A program made the translations under genes and the position numbers. From NCBI RefSeq assembly GCF_009914755.1, contig NC_060938.1: a DNA stretch of 64,000 nt. One strand, 5' to 3'. Origin of the DNA: the human T2T-CHM13v2.0 reference genome, Homo sapiens. Positions within the stretch are counted from its first letter, which is position 1, and each line of letters begins with the position of its first letter. Below are positions 56,961-64,000 of this stretch, in pieces. The notes under the pieces are model-generated. The model was not told the DNA's origin. It saw only the letters and a list, made by a program, of their open reading frames with translations, and made no database searches.

Positions 56961-58514
56961 ATCTCAACTTTGGGTGTTGATTTAAAGCAGAGGTGTTTAT
57001 ATAGAGGGCTAAATAGTAAGCATTTTGGTCTTCACAAGCTGGACTGAGCCTTCAGTCTTTCTGGCTATTTCAGGCATAAAGAAGAGGTCCCAGGATAATA
57101 CCAGGGTCAGCCTATTCCAGACAGAAAACTTCAGGAAATGCTGAAAAGATCACAGTATCCTTAGCCCAGGATGCTGGGGGGGTTCCTGTTCACAACGGTG
57201 CTATTCTAAGGGACTTCTGCCAACTTAGAGACCGAATCTAAATTTCTCAACATCGTGTTTACTGCCTGCCACTAAAAGAACAAATTAGACATGCCTGCGG
57301 CACATGACATTTTATAATCTCTTATTGGTGTTGCATATTTTCTTTGTGAATATTTTAATGTTTTTATTATTTAATTGAACTTCCATATCTTTTAAAAGAT
57401 ACAGGCTATCTGACCAACCAAGTCGATGCTTTACATTGCAAATTTAGTATAGAATAATTTTTGGTTCTTTAATTTTTTTTTTAGGTTTCTTTCTGTGGTC
57501 CAACCTACCACCCTCATATTTCCAGAAGAAGGAACATGAAATGAAAAAGGAAAAAAGCCCTTACAATATCATACGAGTTTCTCTACCAGCACATCATGCT
57601 GGTGTCCTAAAGAAGCCAGACAGCAGAGTTAACGGGTACAAGTTTAAACGTTGTCATCATATTTTATTCTGTGTTCAAAACCACTTTCGTGATTTCCCTA
57701 ATAACACATGCAAAGTCTCCTTTGAAGTTATGGAAGAGGGGCGGTGTGTGTGTTTTCTATTTTTCTTTTTTCTAAATGTACCGATAGGCTGGCCTGGGCT
57801 GGGATTGGATAGAGAAGTTGAGAGAAAAGGCAGAAACCACCTGTCTCTTGAAGTTTGCCTGCTGGTCTCCTAGCAACTGGTTTCTTGTTTGAGGCATATT
57901 TGAGCCATATAGGGAAGACTCAGAATGCTGTAAAGGGGCACAGAATTACTCTCCCACTGGATAATGAAGTTGTTTTTAATTACAATAATATAAACACTAC
58001 ATTTAAGCAGCAGTGAAGGAAAGCAGGAAGTTTGCAGAATGAGCTTTTCTGAGTTACCGTATCTGCTGTTGTGACAAGAGGAGCAGGTGTGTGCTAGGGG
58101 CCACCATTGACTTCTGGCTTGCAGGAGCCTGAGTCGCTCATTCAGCTTTGTCCGTGCCCACAGGGGCCAGGCAGGCTGCAGTCACAAGGGAGTTAAACAG
58201 GCGAGACACTGGAGAGCAGAGCTGGGCCTCGAGGGAGGCCGCTGTGTGAACTTGTAGGAGGCATTCGCTCCTGGAGGTGCAAAAGCCGACGATGTGCTTG
58301 CATGGCTCTGAGAGCAAGACCACAGGCATTTAGCACCTGGGTCCCTCACCTGCCTTGCCCCAGGCCCCTCTGGAGAGGACATGTCCCACCTAGAGTGGCA
58401 TCTGCAGCTGAATGCTGCCATGTGAAACAGAGCCCGGTTACTGGACCACTTGGTAAAGAAACAACAGAAATCTAGATTTTTTGGGGTGGAGAGATGAACT
58501 GAAATCTCCCATTA

Positions 58515-58847
<333 letters not shown>

Positions 58848-58914
58848 TTCACTCAAACCTCATTCATTTGAGACACAAGGGCCAAAATTTGAACCACAAG
58901 TCTTTGCTTAAATC

Positions 58915-59203
58915 TTTTTTGTTGTTTGTTTTTTTGAGACAGGGTCTTGCTCCATCATCCAGGCTAGATAACAGTGGTGCAATCAAGGCTTGCTTCAGCT
59001 TCAACCTCCCAGGCTCAAGCCTCCCTAGCTGGGATAATAGGTATGCACCACCATGCCTGGCTAGCTAAAAAAAAATTTCTTTTTGTAGGGATATTGTCTC
59101 CTTATGTTGCCCAGGCTGGTCTCCAACTCCTGGGCTCAAGTGATCCTCTTGCTTTGGCCTCCCAAAGTGTTGGGATTGCAGGTGTGAGCCACCGTGCCTG
59201 GCC
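58915..59203 (-). mobile_element. AluJ
   Basis: Reverse dimer. Confidence 0.88.
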
Positions 59204-60043
59204 AGCTCTTTACTTAAATCTTTTCCTAAACGGTCTGGGTAAAAACAAAAAACTTTTCCTATTCTAGTTCTAAAGCCATGAATCCCACCCCTTTCAGGCA
59301 GGTAGGTACACTTGGCGTGTTCAGGGTGACAGAGGCTTTCCAGTTCTGCAGTGCAGGCAGTGAACCCTGTCCCACCAGACACAGGGGGATCCAGCTCTTG
59401 AATGCCTGTCCCCCACTGGAACACAGATTCTTAGTAGAGAACTGGGTGAGGGGAGTGGCAAAAACTGGATGATCAGGGTATGCCATCAATATTTATATAA
59501 ATGAAGAATCCAGTAAGGGAAAATATAGCAAAGTGAGGGAATAGAGCGTGTGTATATATTTTGGGGGTGTGCAGTGGTTTACCCATGGGCGTAGCCAAAC
59601 CTGTGAATCCAGATGCTTTTGGATAGGTCATGGAAGGCTAACTCGTCCATTGAGAAAAAGTTTAAAAAGCGGATACATTACAAAGGTCATATTTTTAATG
59701 GCACCAGAGAGTTACAGAAGCTATAATACAAGGATAAATGGACTAAATTTTCAGGAAGGGATAGAACTGTCCAGAGATAAGTGGACAATGCCTACCTGTT
59801 ATTTCCCCCTAGGGCATTCTCTGATTCTGGGCTGGGCTAAGGATCAGAGCTTGACTCCAGCAGAGACCACCTGCTTGGGTGGGTATGGGGTATACAGTAA
59901 AATCAGCAAAAGTCTGAGTGGTCCTGTTGGGTTGGGCTTCCCAAAGCAGGGATTTTCAGAGCCTCAAATACATGTCTAGGTTCCCCCATGAAACATTTTC
60001 TGAATTCTGAGGCTGTCTGGGGGATTAAAGAGTCAGGTAGCAT

Positions 60044-60698
<655 letters not shown>

Positions 60699-61086
60699 TG
60701 AGTCACCACACCTGGACTGCACGTTTTAAAATATAGAGTGAAATATCCTATGGTCTGGAGGTGTCTAAGAAATGAAAATGACCAGGCGGAGTTGAAATGA
60801 AAACAAAAAGGCAACAGATGAAAACTACAGGATGCTTGGTATGTTGACACAGATTCTACCAGCCCTTTTACCTAGGAGCTAATTCTGGGAGCTGCTACAG
60901 TGTAAGAATCCAGGCTTGCCCCTAAGCCAGCTGCTGGAAGACAGAGAGATTATAATATTTAGGAGAGACTAGGGTGATACCATTGAAGGCTAGATAGGCC
61001 TCAAACAGATAGTCATGCTCCGTCTCAAGAAATGTGCCAAAATTTGAATCTGTGGAAGGCTAAAAACCTAAGCTTTAAAACCCCTG

Positions 61087-61404
61087 AGCTGGGTGTCGTG
61101 GCTCACACCTGTAATCCCAGCACTTTGGGAGGCTGAGGGCAAGGCAGGCGGATCACCAGAGATTGGGAGTTTGAGACCAGCCTGACCAACATGGAGAAAC
61201 CCCGTCTCTACTAAAAATACAAAATTAGCTGGGCGTGGTGGCGCATGCCTGTAATCCCAGCTGCTCAGGAGGCTGAGGCAGGAGAATCACTTGAACCCAG
61301 GAGGTAGAAGTTGTGGTGAGCCAAGATCGTGCCATTGCACTCCAGCCTGGGCAACAAGAGCAAAACTCTGTCTCTAAATAAATAAATAATAAAATAAAAT
61401 AAAA
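61087..61404 (+). mobile_element. AluS (Sp/Sq-like)
   Basis: gcctgaccaacatggagaaacc diagnostic, (TAAA)n tail, TSD taaaacccctga. Confidence 0.9.
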
Positions 61405-61599
61405 CCCCTGAAAGGCAGAACAGAATCTTTTGTAGTCTTTTAGGGCTAAGGACACAAGCACTTGCCAGGTTCTCAATTCATAACCCAGGAAGATCACATC
61501 CTAGGAACAGGGGTAAATGAGGTAGGCTGAGTCTTACCAAAACTCTTACTAAATTGTATCAAAGCCCCAGTTTAGCTTTGTCTCTCATCAGACGTGCCT

Positions 61600-62280
61600 A
61601 ACAGAGGAAAGGAGGAAGGTAGTACCATCTGGAGCCTTTAGGACTTTAAACAAAATGGCTGGCATAAAATAAGAAATTTCTAAACATGTAAAGAACCAGA
61701 TCATGTCATAGATAACTAAGTTAAAAAAACTAGGCAATAGAAATACTCACAGATGGGAGAGATATTGCAGTTAACAGATAAGAGCTTCTAAATAACTATG
61801 ATTAATATATTCAAGAAAATAGAAAAAAGATGCACAAAATAGATGACAGAATAGATAATTTCACCAGATATTTGGAATGAACTCTATAAAAATAATAATT
61901 GAATGGATATTCTTTTTTTCCCAATTCATTTTTTTTTCCTTGGGTAGTCTCTCGAGTCAGAGTAGACTCAGAGACTCCCCAAATGGACCTTCTAAAAGTA
62001 TAATATCTAAAAATAAGCATTCAGTAAATTTGTTTAATGACAGATTGTGCATGTAGTTTACTAAGTAACTAGAAGGCAGGTTGTTAGAAAATATTCAAAA
62101 CAAATATAGAGAAAAAATGGAAAAGTAAACAATAACAGCGTAAGAGACGTGGGATAACTAGAGTCTCAGAGAGAGCAGGAAGGGGGAATGGATAGAAGCA
62201 ATATTTAAGGAGATTATAACTGAAAGACATTAACCCACAGATTCAAAAGGCTTAGTGATCCCCAAATAAGAAAACACAAA
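61600..62280 (+). mobile_element. Old L1 ORF1-region relic
   Basis: aaataactatgattaatatattcaag and gaagcaatatttaaggagattataactgaa...cccacagattcaa motifs. Confidence 0.65.
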
Positions 62281-63011
62281 CTCGTTGAGTAGTGCCCTTC
62301 TATGCTGTTTTTAGATCTAGACTTGGAGGAATAGAAACATATTTATTTAGGGGTATCAACCGCCTTTAGTTAGAAATTCTTGATAAATGTCAAGAGACTC
62401 TATTCTCACCTTTTTCTGAAGGCACTTTGTACAGTGAAATCTTCCTATTTTGCCTTGCCTTTCCCTTTATATGGAATGATTCCTTTCATCTCCCTGCTGA
62501 ATCTCTTTTTATCCTTCAAGACCTATTGGCATGGGATGCTTATTTCTGCTGCTTCTGTTTGGGTAGAGGGGAGGCCACTCCTACTATATTCACTAATTGG
62601 GAATAGTATTGCAGAAACACTTCTGATTTTTCTCTCTTCCTCTTGGCTTCATCCCCTTATGGAAAAAGGCATGATTTCTTTCACTGGAGAGCTGGAGAAG
62701 TCTAACAACCCCTCCCACATTCGTGCATCTCTATCAGGTGGGGCCAACATACTCACACGTCTCCCATACGTGGTCTCCCCTTCCCTCCCGTTCTTGGGCT
62801 CTATCTGTGCAAGGCAGTCCACACTCCTGCCTGCCACTGGCTGGGTAACAGTCTGCCCTGCACAGCCAGTTTCCTCTTGGCCTTCATATATGTGTAGTTC
62901 CTTAGGTCTAGATGATGAGAGAAATGTGAGAAAGACTTCTCTTTTTTTGACCCTTGGCCCAAGCCTTATCTTTGAATCCAGGTTCACATGCATACACTAT
63001 TTTAATCTTCA

Positions 63012-63368
<357 letters not shown>

Positions 63369-63439
63369 TCAGACACATTTCAAAAGTTGTATCTTCTAAG
63401 GATAATGTGCTTATCTCTTTGTGGAGCCCTTTATGATAG

Positions 63440-63590
63440 CACCATATTGTGGGGTAATTATTTCATAATCTAGACATCTCACCCACTAGGCTCAGGCTCC
63501 TTGAGAGCAGCGACCATGTCTTATTTTTGTTGCCTCACATCACCCAACATAGCACCCAGCACATCCTAGGTATTCAAGATTTGTTTAAGC
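63440..63590 (+). mobile_element. L2 3' end
   Basis: gctccttgagagcagcgaccatgtctt...agcacccagcacatcctaggtattcaa. Confidence 0.65.
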
Positions 63591-64000
63591 AAGGAATTCT
63601 AGAATTGTACTGAATATCACTATGTGAGAATCACTAATGTTTGCAAATTATTCTGTACTCTGTAACTGTTTTCAATATCAGGTTCATCTTTGTTAATTCA
63701 GAATAACCAGGAGTGGGCTGTTTAAAAAGTTTAACTGTTTTAAACAAGACAAGCAGCACAACTATCTTCTCTAAATACCAATATTTTAAAATATTTTTAC
63801 CTTTTTCAATGTAAAATTTCAAACATACAGAAGTATATAATTTTATGATGTGTATATCTCTGCTCTTTGAAATAGAATATCTTGAGCATAATACAATCTT
63901 TCAAAGGACCATGGCTCAGGACTGGAATTCGGTTTCTATAGAACAGAAAACCCCCACATGGCTATTGAGATATAAGTTGCCTTGCACCTGCGTTAAGTGA

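Overview
Primate (almost certainly human) genomic DNA, very Alu-rich. About 1-40.7 kb is the 3' part of SIPA1L1 (SPAR/E6TP1, a Rap GAP and postsynaptic scaffold) on the + strand. I traced 11 coding exons with canonical AG/GT boundaries that join into one open frame of about 631 codons ending ...[12 protein letters not shown], followed by a ~2 kb 3' UTR with several poly(A) signals. The rest (~41-64 kb) is intergenic: Alus, MIR, MER5, a MaLR LTR, L1/L2/L3 relics, a decayed hAT transposase and a CpG-retaining segment at ~51.8-54.1 kb. Nearly all other ORFs in the track are Alu-derived or chance. I found no convincing new biological system. The best leads are an in-frame second splice donor on the 63-nt cassette exon, a microRNA-site cluster at the proximal poly(A) site, a 3'-truncated L1 with target-site duplications, a tailless Alu and several candidate cis-regulatory clusters. 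Exon coordinates were counted exactly. Repeat boundaries and subfamily calls are by eye and approximate.
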